A stretch of 64,000 nucleotides of DNA from Oikopleura dioica. Lineage: Eukaryota > Animalia > Chordata. The first letter of the stretch is position 1. Each line of letters begins with the position of its first letter. Made by a program: the position numbers and the translations under genes. Shown here piece by piece: positions 32,889 to 46,297 of the stretch. The stretch spans positions 13,330,001 through 13,394,000 of the forward strand of contig OU015568.1 of the NCBI GenBank assembly GCA_907165135.1, read 5' to 3'. The notes beneath the pieces are model-generated. The model was given only the letters and a program-made list of their open reading frames with translations, was not told the origin of the DNA and ran no database searches.

Positions 32889-35800
32889 ATGCACAGTCGT
32901 CGTCGCGAGCAACACACTCCGCAGGAATGTGCCTCTATGGCCGAGTTTGTGTCCCGCCACAATGGTAAAAAGATAATCGAGAAAGTACTGATCGCGAATA
33001 ATGGAATCGCGGCTGTTAAATGCATTCGCTCAATCAGAAGATGGGTAAGATATTGTTGCGAGATGCGTCGTAAGATTACGTACCTTTTTATAGTGTTACG
33101 AGACGTTCCGCAACGAGAGGACAGTAAAGTTCGTTGTCATGGTTTCCCCTGAAGACCTCGAAGCGAATGCAGAGTTCATTCGCCTTGCCGATCAATACGT
33201 TCCAGTTCCCGGCGGCTCGAATCATAACAATTATGCTAACTGCGACCTTATTGCAGAAATCGCCCGCGCTAAAAATGTCCAAGCCGTTTGGGCTGGATGG
33301 GGACACGCTTCTGAGAATCCAAAGCTACCTGACTTACTTGCAAAAAGCGGAATAGAATTCTTAGGCCCTCCAAGTAATGCGATGAGAGCTTTGGGTGATA
33401 AAATCAGCTCTGCCATCATTGCACAGAGTGTTGGATTGCCAACGCTAAAGTGGTCTGGAGAAGGAATAACGTGCGAGAATGGAATAGTGACAGAGAAACA
33501 CTACAAACAAGCATGCGTGGATACACTTGACAAAGCTGTCGATGAGGCAGATCGAATCGGCTATCCGCTAATGATCAAGGCTGCCAATGGCGGCGGTGGA
33601 AAAGGAATACGAAAGTGTGAGCGAAAAGAAGACTTTCCAACGCTCTATCGCCAAGTAAAAGCAGAAGTATCTGGAAGCTCGATCTTCCTGATGGAATTCG
33701 CAGATGAAGCACGCCATCTCGAAGTTCAACTGCTTTGTGACCAGCTTGGAAATGCGATCTCATTGTATGGACGCGATTGTTCAATTCAAAGACGTCATCA
33801 GAAGATCATTGAAGAGGCACCTCAGACAATAGCGCCAAAGGATCAGTGGAAACATATGGAAGAAGGTGCAGTGCGACTTGCGAAACTGGTGGGCTACCAC
33901 TCGACAGGCACAGTTGAGTATTTATATGACCCGAAGAAGGAGCGCTTTTGTTTTCTCGAGCTAAACCCGAGGCTTCAAGTTGAACATCCATGCACTGAAA
34001 TGATTTCTGATGTTAATCTGCCGGCCACTCAACTTTGTGTCGGACTTGGAATAAGTCTTGATGAAATGCCTTTGCTAAGCCCAATTTACGAGACTATCGA
34101 TGGAAAATTGAACATAACTTCTCAAGAAAATCCAAGAGGCCATGTGATTGCGTGTCGAATAACTGCTGAGAATCCAGACGAAGGATTTCGCCCTGGAAGT
34201 GGCACAGTCCAGGAGTTAAATTTCCGAAGCTCAAAGAACGTCTGGGGTTACTTTTCTGTTGTTGCGTCTGGCTCGCTTCACGAATACTGTGATTCGCAAT
34301 TCGGGCATATTTTTGCATGGGGCGAAACAAGAGCGCAAGCTACGTCGAATCTGGGGATGGTCTTGCGCGAAATATCAATCAGAGGCGACTTCAGAACTAC
34401 TGTCGAGTATTTGTCTCATCTGATTGAAAGTGAGACCTTTCGTAACTCGTCATTTTCGACTGGCTGGCTTGATCATCTTATTGCTACGCGTGATCGACCG
34501 GAAGTCCACGATGAACGAATTTCAGCAATTTGCACCGCGCTTCATATCGCTGACAGGCATTGGTCGACTGTAACTGAGCAGTACAAATCAGCTCTAGAAA
34601 AGGGACAAATTCTGCCAATTCAAAGTTTGCCTCCGAAAGAACTCCCGCTTAATCTAATCCTTGGAAACCAACTGATATCCTTGAAGATTTCTCGACCAGC
34701 TCAATCGAGCTTCTGCATCGAGCTCAACAATACGCAACTTATTGTGAGCATCTTCCGACTTTCCGACTCTGGAATTTTGGTTCAACTCAATGGAGTATCG
34801 TACTGTTCTTATTTGCAAGAGACAGCTGAAAACTACCGCGTTACGATCAACAATCAAACTGTTGTTTTTGATAAAGAGAAGGACCCAAGTTTGATTACTT
34901 CTTCTTCCGCTGGCAAACTCGTGCGATTTCTTGTCGAAGATGGATCTCCAGTTGTGGAAGGTCAAGATGTCGCAGAGTTAGAAGTCATGAAAATGGTGAT
35001 GACCGTCAAAGTATCTCTCCCAGGGAAGATCATTCATTCTAAGAAACCAGGCGCGTTCTTGTCAAACGGAAGCGTCATTGCTCGCTTGGAACTTGGACCA
35101 AACTTACGGGTACCAAAACCACAAGTATACATGCGCGACTTATCTGAGTTTGTCCCTGACAATGATTCTGAGTCAACAGCAAGTCTAAGTTCCGGCGAAT
35201 CTCATGCTTCAATTCGTCGGAAAACTGGAAGTGACGGCGCTGCAATAATTGCCCGTGAGATGAGAAAGAAATCTGGATCAACTGGCAGCATACATTCTAC
35301 TTCCACTCGAGACAGAAGACATCCACCGCATAAGCAACTCGAAAAAGTCATTTCGAATATACATGCTGTTCTCGACGGGTATTCTGTTGCCGGAGAAAGG
35401 ATCGAAAAATGGGTCAAACGACTGTAAGATCACATTATTTTGTAACAGGCCTAGATTATTATTTAGCGTATCCCAGATGTTTGCAATATTTCAAAATAGA
35501 CGACTGCCCCTTTACGAACTGAGAGAAGTGATGACTCGACTTTCGGGGAGGATACCGGATGAGTTAGAAGGTCAAATTAATGAGGAGTTGAAAAGATATG
35601 GACATCGTCTTGGTTCCATGCTCACAAGATTCCCTTCTATGAGAATTCTGGTACTAACACATGTTTTGATCCATTTAACAGTTATATTTTAGAAATTCAT
35701 GAATCTGTACGCCGCCAAAATAACTAATCCAGACGACCGAAACTTTCACTACGTTAGTGTCAGCCAAATAGAAACATTGTGTCATAAATATGTCGACGAT

Positions 35801-38800
35801 ATAAGAGGACTTCAGAAGAGCGTTATAAAAGAAATGCTAAAGAAGTTTACCGATATTGAAAAGCACTTCCAGTCAAAGACATTCGAGAAGAGCGTGAAGG
35901 AGATACTTATCAAGAATGAGGATCTTGACTTGACCACGAAAATGATTCTGTCTCATCGAAATCGAATCGAGAAGAGCAAGTTGATACACGAGATCCTCAA
36001 TGTCCTGCTGAAGCACGACGCGGAAATGATTCTAGGTATTCTCTACTCATTGGTGATAGATGACAATCTGAATTTCAGAAATGCAGGAAGAAATTGATGA
36101 AGTGGCAACTTTGCGCTCTTGTTCTTGTGCTCTTACCGCCCGTCAAGTACTAATCACAGGTCATCAACCGAGCTTCCAACGCCGTCACAATCAAATCGAG
36201 AGTATATTTCTATCTGCAATTGATAACTCTGCAAATGCCCTTGTTTTCCCTGCCAGGCTTCAGCAGCTGGTTGTCTCAGAAACAGCTATTTTCGACGTGC
36301 TGCCGGAGTTTTTCTATCACAAACTCGAGCTAGTTCGTTTTGCTGCTTTGGAAGTCTATGTTCAGAGGTTAGAGCACCTTTTAGTATTTAGAAGAGACTC
36401 TGTACCCGAACTTTCATTTTAGAGCCTACACCGCCTACATCATCGAATGCGTCGAATCCATCGAGATTGGTACGTCCAAAGCCGCGGTCGAATTCCAGTT
36501 TTCCCTTCCCTGCAATCACCCATCTCGTCAGTCATCCTTCGCCAACATTCCACCTCCGGGCATTGCACAGAATCGCGAATCTTTTCCAGATCTATGCATC
36601 GCCGGCTATGAATACGAAAAGAACTTTGAAGAGCTGTCTCGTTTCGGTCGAACTGGATTGATGGTAGCATATGAAAATCTTGAAGACTTCGAGAATAATA
36701 TTTACGATGTGCTGACTTGCTTTGGCTACCTAAAGTCAGAAGAATCTGACGAAGAGTCTGACTCGTCAGAACTCACTGAACATCCATACATGAGTGATGA
36801 TGACGACCCTTATGGCGCGAAATCCCCACCAGGCCGAGGATATGATCCGCCATCAGACCAGGTCTTTTTCGTTGGTAAATCGCGTAATCAAGGACCAGCA
36901 GTGCACACACTCAATGTCTTCCTCCGCTCGAAGAAAGGAGGCGAAGATGACGAGATGCTTGAGAAACGTTTCCGCGAGTTTTCACAAAACTATCAAAAAG
37001 ACTTCAGAAACGCATGCATCCGCCGCATAACTTTCGCAGTTCACAAGAAGAGTCACATGCCTAAGTTCTTCACATTCCGATCACGAGATGAGTACAAAGA
37101 AGATGAAATTTACCGTCATCTTGAGCCGGCCCTCGCTTTCCAACTGGAATTGTCTCGCCTGAGAAACTTCACTTTGAAGCTTTATCAAACACAGAATCAC
37201 CGCATGCATCTTTACCATGGAATTGCCAAGAATCAGTGTGGAAAAGAATCGATAGACCATCGTTTCTTTGTGCGCGCTATTATTCGCCATTCAGATCTGA
37301 TCACAGAAGAAGCGAGCTTCAGTTACCTTCGTTCTGAGGGCGAACGGCTTCTCATTGAATCTCTCGACGAGCTAGAAGTTGCCATCAAGTCGCATAGCTA
37401 CAAAACTGACCAGAATCATGTGTTTCTGAACTTCGCGCCATCCGTCAACATGGAGGCCAATGAAGTTCTCAATTCGGTCAGTGAGGTTGTTCTCAAATAT
37501 GGACGGCGGCTATGGGAACTGCGAGTTACACAAGCTGAGCTTAAGATTAATGTCCGCCAGGAAGAGGAAACAACTTCTTATCGCATCTTCCTGAGCTCAG
37601 AAGACGGTTTCCGCCTTGAGACACATCTTTATCGCGAAGTCGTTCAGTCACAAAAGACGATCTTTGTTTCAATCGGCCCAGAAGAAGATCCAGGTCCCCT
37701 CAATGGACTTTCAACTGACACACCTTACAGTACTAAAGATCTTCTCCAAACTGCTCGCTACAAGGCTCAATCAGCTGGCTGTGCATATGCTTACGATTAT
37801 CCGTCTCTCTTCAAATCTGCATTGAAGAGCTCTTGGGAAGATAGAAAGGTAAAACACCCCAAAGATCTGTTTACATGCAACGAGCTTATACTCGACAAAA
37901 GTGGCAAACTTCATGAGGTAACGCGTGATCCAGCACAGAACACTGTAGGTATGGTTGCCTGGCGCATGAAGTTTAGCCAGCCAACGATAGAAGGCAAAAG
38001 GGAGATCGTCGTTATCTCCAATGACAGTACAGTCCAACAAGGTAGTTTTGGTCCCGCTGAAGACGCGTTGTTTGCCGCAGCGAGTAAATTGGCTCGCGAT
38101 GAAGGTATACCGCGAATTTACATAACTGGCAACAATTCTGGCGCCCGGATCGGTCTCAGCAAAGATATACAGAGCTGCTTCCAGGTTGCGTGGAAAGACA
38201 AGGAGGCAGGACTTGTGGAGTATTTTTATCTGTCTTCGACTGATTACAGCAAATTCTCAAGCCAAGTCATTGCGGAACATGTCAATTACGAAAATGAGTC
38301 AAGGTACAAAATTAACGCCATCATCGGATCTGCCGATTGTGGCACAGCAGCTCTAGCTGGCTCAGGGCTGATTGCGGGCGAAACGAGCAAAGCCTATCGC
38401 GAAATCCCAACGATATCACTTGTCACTGGTCGGGCTGTTGGAATCGGAGCTTACTTGGTCAGACTGGGTCAACGCGTGGTCCAGGTCGAATCGAGCTTCG
38501 TGATTTTGACTGGCTTCGTTGCGCTCAATTCTGTTCTTGGGTCCAGTGTCTACTCGTCAAATCAACAACTCGGTGGGCCTCAGATCATGTCAAAGAACGG
38601 AGTATCTCATCTGACTGTTGCCGACGATTATGCAGGCATTAGAACCGTTCTCCATTGGCTGAGCTACATTCCAGTCAAGGGCAAGCTTCTGAAAGTGCCA
38701 AAATTAATTTGTGATGATCCTCCAGAGCGCCAAGTCACCGTTCAAATCAAGGAGAAAATATATGATGCACGCAGGATCCTGGCTGGAGACGACGATCATC

Positions 38801-40548
38801 TTGGCATTTTAGATCGAGGATCTCTGCTTGAACTCCAGCCAGATTGGGCTAAGACGGTTCTTATTGGCAGAGGTAGATTAGGAGGAATCCCAATTGGTGT
38901 TATTGCTGCCGAAACAAGACAAGTAACGAGTCTAGTTCCTGCCGATCCAGCTGATCGAAACTCTCACGAAAAAGTAATCACTCAAGCTGGCTCCGTGTGG
39001 TTTCCAGATTCAGCTTTCAAGACCGCCCAGTAGGGTGGCTCACTTTTTCAACAATTTCCCGGCACACCCGATTTCTTGTGCTTATCTGAAAGAGCTCATT
39101 CTGCTGAGTATTTTGAGCACTCAACCACCCCTGTGAGATTTTCGGAAAGTATTTTTATCTGCCCTTGAAATTCAGGAAAAAGCCTTAAATTTTCGAAATT
39201 TTCGATATTTTGGCCAAAAAACCTGGGGTTAACTGGCCATAACTTTTGTCACACTTCTGTCCGAAAAAAGATATGGGTATCATAATGACTAGCTTGATGA
39301 GCTCTTTCGAAAAATGTAATTTAGTACTAAGGTTCGGGTATGTGCCGAGAAATTACAGTACGAAAACTGTATTTTGAGAATATATTCTGGAAAAAAATTT
39401 TGGGGAAAAAATTTTTTTTTCGAATTTTTATTTTTTATATGTTGTATGGGTAGAAACATTCCACCTGACAAGGATAGAACGTAATCGGAAGACCTTCCCG
39501 AAAAGTGAGCCACCCTACCGCCCAGGCCATCAAAGATATCGACCAAGAAGGCCTTCCGCTGTTGATTCTAGCGAACTGGCGTGGTTTTTCAGGAGGAATG
39601 AAGGACATGTACGACCAAGTTTTGAAATTCGGTGCGATGATTGTCGACGCTTTATCTGAGTTCAAATCAGGACCTGTTCTGATTTACATCCCGCCACTGG
39701 GCGAGCTCCGAGGAGGAGCCTGGGCCGTACTCGACAAGTCCATCAATCCATCGAAAATCGAGCTTTTTGCTGATCCAAATAGTCGATCCGGTGTGTTAGA
39801 GCCAGAAGGAACCGTGAAGATCAAACTAAAGGACAAGAACCTCCAGGAGCTCATGTGTCGCTTTGACCAGCAGATGAAAGAGCTTCAGGCGACTCTCAAC
39901 AGTGGCAATTTGACAACGGAAGAGATCGGCAAAACATCGGAGCTAACGACTTTGAGGAGCAAATCTCTTCATGACGCGTACCACAATCTTGCGATTCAAT
40001 TTGCAGACCTTCATGACATGCCACGTAAGTTATCTTCAAACATCGAAAGTTGAGTTGTGTTTTAGAAGCAGTTGCGAGCAAACGCTGCTTGACAAAAGTT
40101 GTGCCACTTGCAGAATGCCGCCATTTCCTTTACAACCGACTTCGGAGAAAGTTACTTGAGGACAATTGCGTGGATTTGATTCAAGAAAGTGATCCCGATG
40201 TGACCCGGGATGAAGCAATAGCCACACTTGAGCGTTACTTCTTCCAGAACCATCTCAAGAGCGGTATCAAATGGGACGAAGATATCCCCGTTGAAAAGTG
40301 GCTAGCTGAGCAGCTTGAGAATAAAAATTCGCACTTGAACATTTTAATTCAACAAAATCAACACGATCAATGTCTGAAGCAAGTGCTCAAGTTGTCGGAG
40401 AACCAAGAAGTCGACCAAATTGCGGATATGTTCCAGGTAAACATATACTTTTTTCATCATGTTATAAATCCTTGTTTAGAGTTTACTGGACTCCTTGTCA
40501 GATGAAAAGCAGAAACAAGTCCTCTCTATCATCAACGTCAATCGATAG
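32889..40548 (+). CDS. ACACA: Acetyl-CoA carboxylase (BC, BCCP, CT domains)
   Basis: [33 protein letters not shown], biotin motif [52 protein letters not shown]. Last exon [13 protein letters not shown]. Confidence 0.96.
39031..39517. mobile_element. hAT-like MITE (487 bp) inserted in an ACC coding exon
   Basis: 17-bp TIR TAGGGTGGCTCACTTTT / AAAAGTGAGCCACCCTA, with 8-bp TSD CCGCCCAG at 39023-39030 and 39518-39525. Confidence 0.92.
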
Positions 40549-40971
40549 AATACTCAATCAAAGTTCACTTTTTATTATCTGCCATAACTTTCTATCAATG
40601 AGATCTACTGTCTATCGCTTTAATATATTATATATTTTTGATTTAACTGCAAATAAGTACCTATTATGACAGAGCAAAATTCAAGTTTTTGAAGTTACTT
40701 TTTGAAACCTTTCGAACATTCGTACTAGAGTTTTGCCTTTTTACGTCAGAATTCACAACAATTCCACTTCTGTTTTTCGCACCTTGCAACTTTTCCCTGA
40801 TGATTCACAACCTACTATTCTTCAAATTCATTAAAAACCATAGTATGCAAACTTTTAAATCTTCATGTTTAAAAGATCTATTCTCCTCTTAGAATGAGCA
40901 ATCAAACGCACCCATGCAACTCGATAATCTACCCGGGCGCAACCAACCAGACAAAGAGAAAATCTTCCCTT

Positions 40972-41993
40972 TTATGCGAAAAATGCTACTCTTTTTACGT
41001 TTTTAACGAATTTATTAATATCAATCTTGGTTAAGATTTTTCTGTGGACATGTCGGGCTAGGATCGACAAGTCCCACCCGACACCCGATCGAAAACCGAC
41101 GTTTTTGTCGGGTTTTTGTTGGATTCCGCCTACCCTACAAAAACCCGACGTTGAAATTTTGGCGACCCTAGAAAATCGGGTTTTTGTAGGGTCGTTTATC
41201 GGGTTTTTGTAGGGTATTTTTGTCGGGTTTCTCATCGTATCTACTCATCAGTTTCTTTAAAGAGAGCACCAAAACTTCTGTTAGCCAAAAATTATGTCCA
41301 TTTTCGCCGATTTGGATTCAATTTATTTGATTTAACTTCCGTGTTGTGAAAACCCGACGAGAACACGACAAAGACCCGATAAAAACCCGAAAAATACCCG
41401 ACAAAAACCCGAAAAAAATCCTACAAAAACCCGATAAAAAACCCGACAAAAACCCGACGAAAACCCGACGAAAACCCGACAAAAACCCGATCGGAAAAAT
41501 CAGAGCTCAAGAAAATCCGATGAAAACCCGATCCGGATTTCGGGGGCATTTGTCGATCCTAGATGTCGGGACTCTTTCGGGATCCAAAAATTAGTCTTAT
41601 TATTGACGAAAAGTGGCGGAATGCGGTTTTGCCCATAGACGACCTTGAGATTAATTCGGACTTTATTCCTAACGAAGGTAATTGAGTATTTTCTCTTCAG
41701 AAAGACTTAATTCGTCGTGTAAATAAAATAATGAGTAAGAGCGCGCAGAGTTTACGTAACGTAATTTTCAGAGGAAAATGAAGAAAGCAAAGAATGTGCA
41801 ATCGATCTCGAGCGAAAGTGGAACGAACACCTTGATATAGCCACTCGATGATCAGCTCTAGAACAATGTTCTGTTTACTTCGCTCATCCTGAATCGAACT
41901 GGCTGACAGATAAAATACTGTCCTTGTTGCTCCTCTTGGAATACTGTCCTTGTTGCTCTCTGCTAAAAACAGATCATTTTCTGTTCGAATCAT
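40972..41993 (-). CDS. Possible small two-exon gene interrupted by the 41058-41562 MITE
   Basis: Exon 1 (MIRTEND..WLYQ) splices in phase through GT-AG intron 41830-41706 to VFLKRKYS..WIPKESRH. After removing the MITE and one TSD the frame continues VHRKILTK..FFA*. Confidence 0.3.
41058..41562. mobile_element. hAT-like MITE (505 bp) with AAAACCCGAC subterminal repeats
   Basis: TIR CTAGGATCGACAA / TTGTCGATCCTAG, with 8-bp TSD ATGTCGGG at 41050-41057 and 41563-41570. Confidence 0.9.
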
Positions 41994-42076
41994 TTATCGA
42001 ACGTCCTTTAGGAAAATTAAGAAGATAACAATATATAAACTAAGCACGTAAAAACTTTCGATTTTTAAAATTTAGA

Positions 42077-43401
42077 ATGGCCCTTAAACTGACCAAAGAA
42101 GTCTTCATTGTTGGCGCTAAGCGAACCCCCTTCGGTGGATTCGGCGGTGCCCTCAAGGACTTCACTGCCAATGACCTCCAGACTCACGCTAATGTTGCTG
42201 CCATGGCTCAGGCTGGCGTCGATCCCTCCCTCGTCGACTCCGTGTGCGTCGGAAACGTCATGCAGAGCTCCAGCGATGCCGCTTACATTGCCCGACATAG
42301 TGCTCTCCGCGCTGGTATCGACAAGGCCACCCCCTGTTTGACCGTCAATCGACTCTGTGGGTCGGGTTTCGAATCTATCAACATGATTGCCATGGAAATC
42401 GAACTTGGCATGACCCAGATCGGTATTGGAGGTGGTGCTGAATCCATGTCTCAGGCTCCTTACGCCCTCCGAGGTGCTCGATTCGGCACTCGACTTGGCC
42501 AAGATCTCAAGCTTGAGGACACTCTCTGGGCTGGTCTTACTGATCAAAACATCAAGCTTCCCATGGGTATCACCGCTGAGAATCTTGCTGTTCAGTATGG
42601 CATCACCATGGAAGAAGCTAATGCCCATGCTTACCAGACCCAGCAACGATGGCTCGCTGCCAACGAGGCTGGTCATTTCAAGGTTTGAATGATTGAAGTA
42701 TTGGCAATGACTTATATTTAGGCGGAAATGGCCCCAATGGATGTCAAGATCCGCCGAAAGCCCGTCTCGATGGATTTTGATGAACATCCCAAGCCACAGA
42801 CTACCCTCGAGCAGCTCAACAAGCTCAAGCCCGTCTTCAAGAAAGATGGCACTGTGAATGCTGGTAATGCTTCTGGTGTCTGTGACGGTGCTGCCGCTGT
42901 CGTTGTAGCCTCTGCCGAAGCTGTCAAGGCGCACAACCTTACTCCTCTTGCTCGAATCGTTTCCTTTGCTTCCGCTGGCTGTGAACCTAAAGTCATGGGC
43001 ATCGGACCTGTCCCTGCTACCAAGCAGGCTCTTGCTGCTGCTGGTCTCACTTTGGATCAGATGGATCTCATCGAGGTTAACGAGGCTTTCGCTCCTCAAT
43101 TCCTCGCTGTCCAGAAGGAACTTGGCCTCGACAACGACAAGACCAACCTTTGTGGTGGTGCTATCGCCATTGGCCATCCGTAAGTCTCGATATTTATAGC
43201 GTTTGTTCATGTTCTGTTTAGTCTTGGTGCCTCCGGTACTCGAATCACTGGTCACTTGGCCCACGCTTTGAATCGAACTGGCTCCAAGTACGCTCTCGGG
43301 TCCGCCTGCATCGGTGGCGGCCAGGGTATCACCATCATCCTGTAAGACTTTTCAATTCATGCCAGGTTTTTTAATCATTTTTTAGCGAAAACATGCAATG
43401 A
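42077..43401 (+). CDS. ACAA2: Mitochondrial 3-ketoacyl-CoA thiolase
   Basis: VFIVGAKRTPFG, TVNRLCGSG, GNASGVCDGAAA, EVNEAFA, GGAIAIGHP|LGASG, SACIGGGQG; ends IILENMQ*. Confidence 0.95.
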
Positions 43402-43567
43402 TTTCGTCGGATGCTTATTTATTCTGATCACAAGATCGCAAGTACTCATTCATAAAGTAACACGATTGAGAAATTTCTCGTTCTCCACATGTTTACTCCA
43501 CTGATAACTGTTAATGCTAGTTTATAGATTCATAATTTTAAATCTTTCCTTGTTCAGAAATTCGCTC

Positions 43568-43993
43568 ATGACCGCCACAGACACTATTGGTAGCCGTAAA
43601 TCGGGCCGTAGCTGGAAGACCTCTAAGAAGCCCATTCACACGATGACACCAAAGGGAGCTAACTCACAAAAGAAATGGAAAGCTAAGATGGACGAAAAGC
43701 TACGTATGCACCAGATGAAGGTGAGTTCAAGGAGTAATTACCCAATTAACGGGGTTAAGATGAGGGAGCGAGAAATAATTGCTCAAAGGAATGAAGAAAA
43801 GGAAGCCGAGCGTATCCGTATCGAAGAGAAGAAACGTCAGCAAGAAGAAAACGAATGGAAACAGGCGAAGTCTCAGGGTCAAATTGTGACGGACGCAAAG
43901 AAGATCAAAAAGCTCGAAGCGAAAGAAATAAAACAAAAGAAACGGGCCGCCCGACGAAAGTCGAAAATGAAGGGACCATCAAAGTTGAAATAA
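43568..43993 (+). CDS. CCDC86: CCDC86/Cgr1-like nucleolar coiled-coil protein
   Basis: KSGRSWK...KWKAKM..K, a charged coiled coil, and QIVTDAKKIKK; one intron. Confidence 0.7.
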   Translation: MTATDTIGSRKSGRSWKTSKKPIHTMTPKGANSQKKWKAKMDEKLRMHQMKVSSRSNYPINGVKMREREIIAQRNEEKEAERIRIEEKKRQQEENEWKQAKSQGQIVTDAKKIKKLEAKEIKQKKRAARRKSKMKGPSKLK

Positions 43994-44057
43994 ACTCTGA
44001 CACACTGCTCCCTAAACGCAATCCGTATGAACTTCAAATAATCCATTGAACTTCAGA

Positions 44058-44503
44058 ATGAACCGAATTTTGGCTGTCCCCACCCGAGTCCTCTCCCGAC
44101 GAACCCTCGTCTCTTCCCTCGAGACTGGCGGTCATGCTCACGCCCGAAAGCCAGTGGCGCTCTTCTCCGCTCACCCCGCCTACTTCCGACCACTCGGTAA
44201 TATTGAACTTCCTTTTCACTGCTAATTCTATTCAGGTTTGGTTCTTATGGCCACGGCTTACATCCCAGCCATCTACTTTTACTACGACATCACCTTCAAC
44301 CAGCGAAAGGCAGAGACCTCCATCCTCGTCGGCCTTTTCGGAGAGGAGGGATTCCGTAAGTATTACCAAATCAAGATTTATAACCCACCAAACTTTTAGT
44401 CCGAGACTTGAACCTCTGCGTCGTCTTTACCCTCACCGGCATGGTCACCTTCTGGGCCGGCCGAGTGTTGTTCTTCCACAACCTCAACATCTGGTCCGCC
44501 TAA
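44058..44503 (+). CDS. Unknown small membrane protein with mitochondrial presequence-like N-terminus (3 exons)
   Basis: MNRILAVPTRVLSRRTLVSS.. followed by two hydrophobic segments (GLVLMATAYIPAIYFYY; LCVVFTLTGMVTFWAG). GT-AG introns and C/T-ending codon bias as in highly expressed neighbours. Confidence 0.7.
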
Positions 44504-44644
44504 GTGCATTCAAATTAATTTCTGTCAGATACACACTTTGAAATCTCCCTCCTTATTTATTGTCAGTAACGCTTACTAATAGATTATTTGACAGAATACT
44601 CGACTCTTTGTGTTCATTTTTTAATAATTCTTTTGTGTATCAGA

Positions 44645-46126
44645 ATGGCTCGAGGGGCGTTGATAATCTTTGAAGGGGTCGATAGATCGGGCAAGTCGAC
44701 GCAAATCAAGCGTATTTTCAATCAAATGCTTAATAAAGGTGAAAAAGTGTATCTGACACGTTTTCCTGAGGTGAGCTACTTCCTTTGATGCATTGGGTTA
44801 ATAAGAGTTCTAGAGGACAAGCGAAATCGGACAGACCATTAACGGGTACCTGACGAGCTCTAACAACCTTTCGGACCAAGCTATTCACTTGCTTTTCTCC
44901 GCAAACCGATGGGAACATGCTCGTAAGTCTACCTGCGTGAAAAAGGAAAAAAAGTAGGACAAAAATATAGTGAAATTTCGTTCATTATAATGAAAATATA
45001 TATTTTTCGGAGATTCTAATTGTAAAAGTGTATTTGCAGTTTTTTTGATAGAAAATGCTGTAGTGTCTTATCTAGTGCCCATCAATCTTATCCTGACACT
45101 ACATCTCTTTTATTGCATCATGGTGCTATGCACCTCGATGCGCACCGGTTGGTAGCAAACCCTTTATAACTGCTCCCCATCTCTATTCTGACACATTACC
45201 TTACATTACCACAGATCCACACTACAACACACACTCACACAGGCACGACACTACCAATAAACGAGATATGAGATTTTAGTCCTTTTTGGGGCCTTGCGTC
45301 CCTTCGTCTTTAAGATGGCATTAGATGAGACTCTTACAATGCAGGTTTTTCGTTTTAGCTCCATTTCCTCGTGCTCTCCTAGATAGGTTTTCTCATCATT
45401 CGTCCCACCTTTTTAGGAGGCTGATCTGAGAAATCGTCTCGGTTTTTTCTTCAAAAACTTTTTTCTGAAAAAAATTTTTTTGATTTATTTATCTGGTATT
45501 TAATCCTTTCTTACCTTAAATATACGGCGATCGGACTTGAGTAAGTTCGAAAACTGATTATTTTTAGTTCTGATGCCCTGATAACAACAGTTTATCTAGA
45601 GATTTTGCATAAAAATTTAAGAAAAATTAGAAATCTAATTAGTGAATCTCGGGCGAAATTAGTTGGAAAATTTAATGCACGTTCAGAGAGCATTTTGAAC
45701 TACCTGAACAACGGGACATCAGTTTTGGTCGACAGATACGCATTTTCTGGTGTCGCTTTTACCGCTGCAAAGGGGCTTGATCTCGAGTGGTGCAAAAATC
45801 CCGACCGAGGACTTCCAAAACCAGATCTTGTTCTTCAGCTTGACGTTGACGAAGAAACTGCAAAAAGCAGAGGTGGCTTTGGAGAAGAAAGATATGAAAA
45901 AGTGGAGTTTCAGCGAAAAGTTAGAAGCCTATATTCTCGGTTGAAAGAAGAACACAGTGATGTAAGTCGTATAAAACTGAGCTGATTGAAATGAGTGCAT
46001 TAGATTTGGAAGGTGATCGACGCATCTGGAACAGCAGATGAACTGACACCTCAGCTTCAAAGTTTTGTTGATGAAACTATCAAAAACTGTCAAAATAATG
46101 ATATCGAAAAATTGTGGATCAATTGA
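44645..46126 (+). CDS. DTYMK: Thymidylate kinase
   Basis: [55 protein letters not shown]. Confidence 0.95.
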
Positions 46127-46297
46127 GACTAAACATGTGCAATATTTTACCTGCCAACATGCAATAGCCAGAATTTACCATTCCTTCTTTCTACAATTAT
46201 TTTGAGCAAGAATGATCCCTTCAGAATGCAAGTTTGTAAAGATGCACCTGCAGTTAAACTGCTTAAATTAGACACTAAAGAAGCAGTTGCTTCAGTT

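Noticed and set aside
45055-45345. Degenerate inverted repeats in DTYMK intron 2, possibly an old MITE
   Set aside because: The arms are too diverged and no TSD was found, so boundaries cannot be supported.
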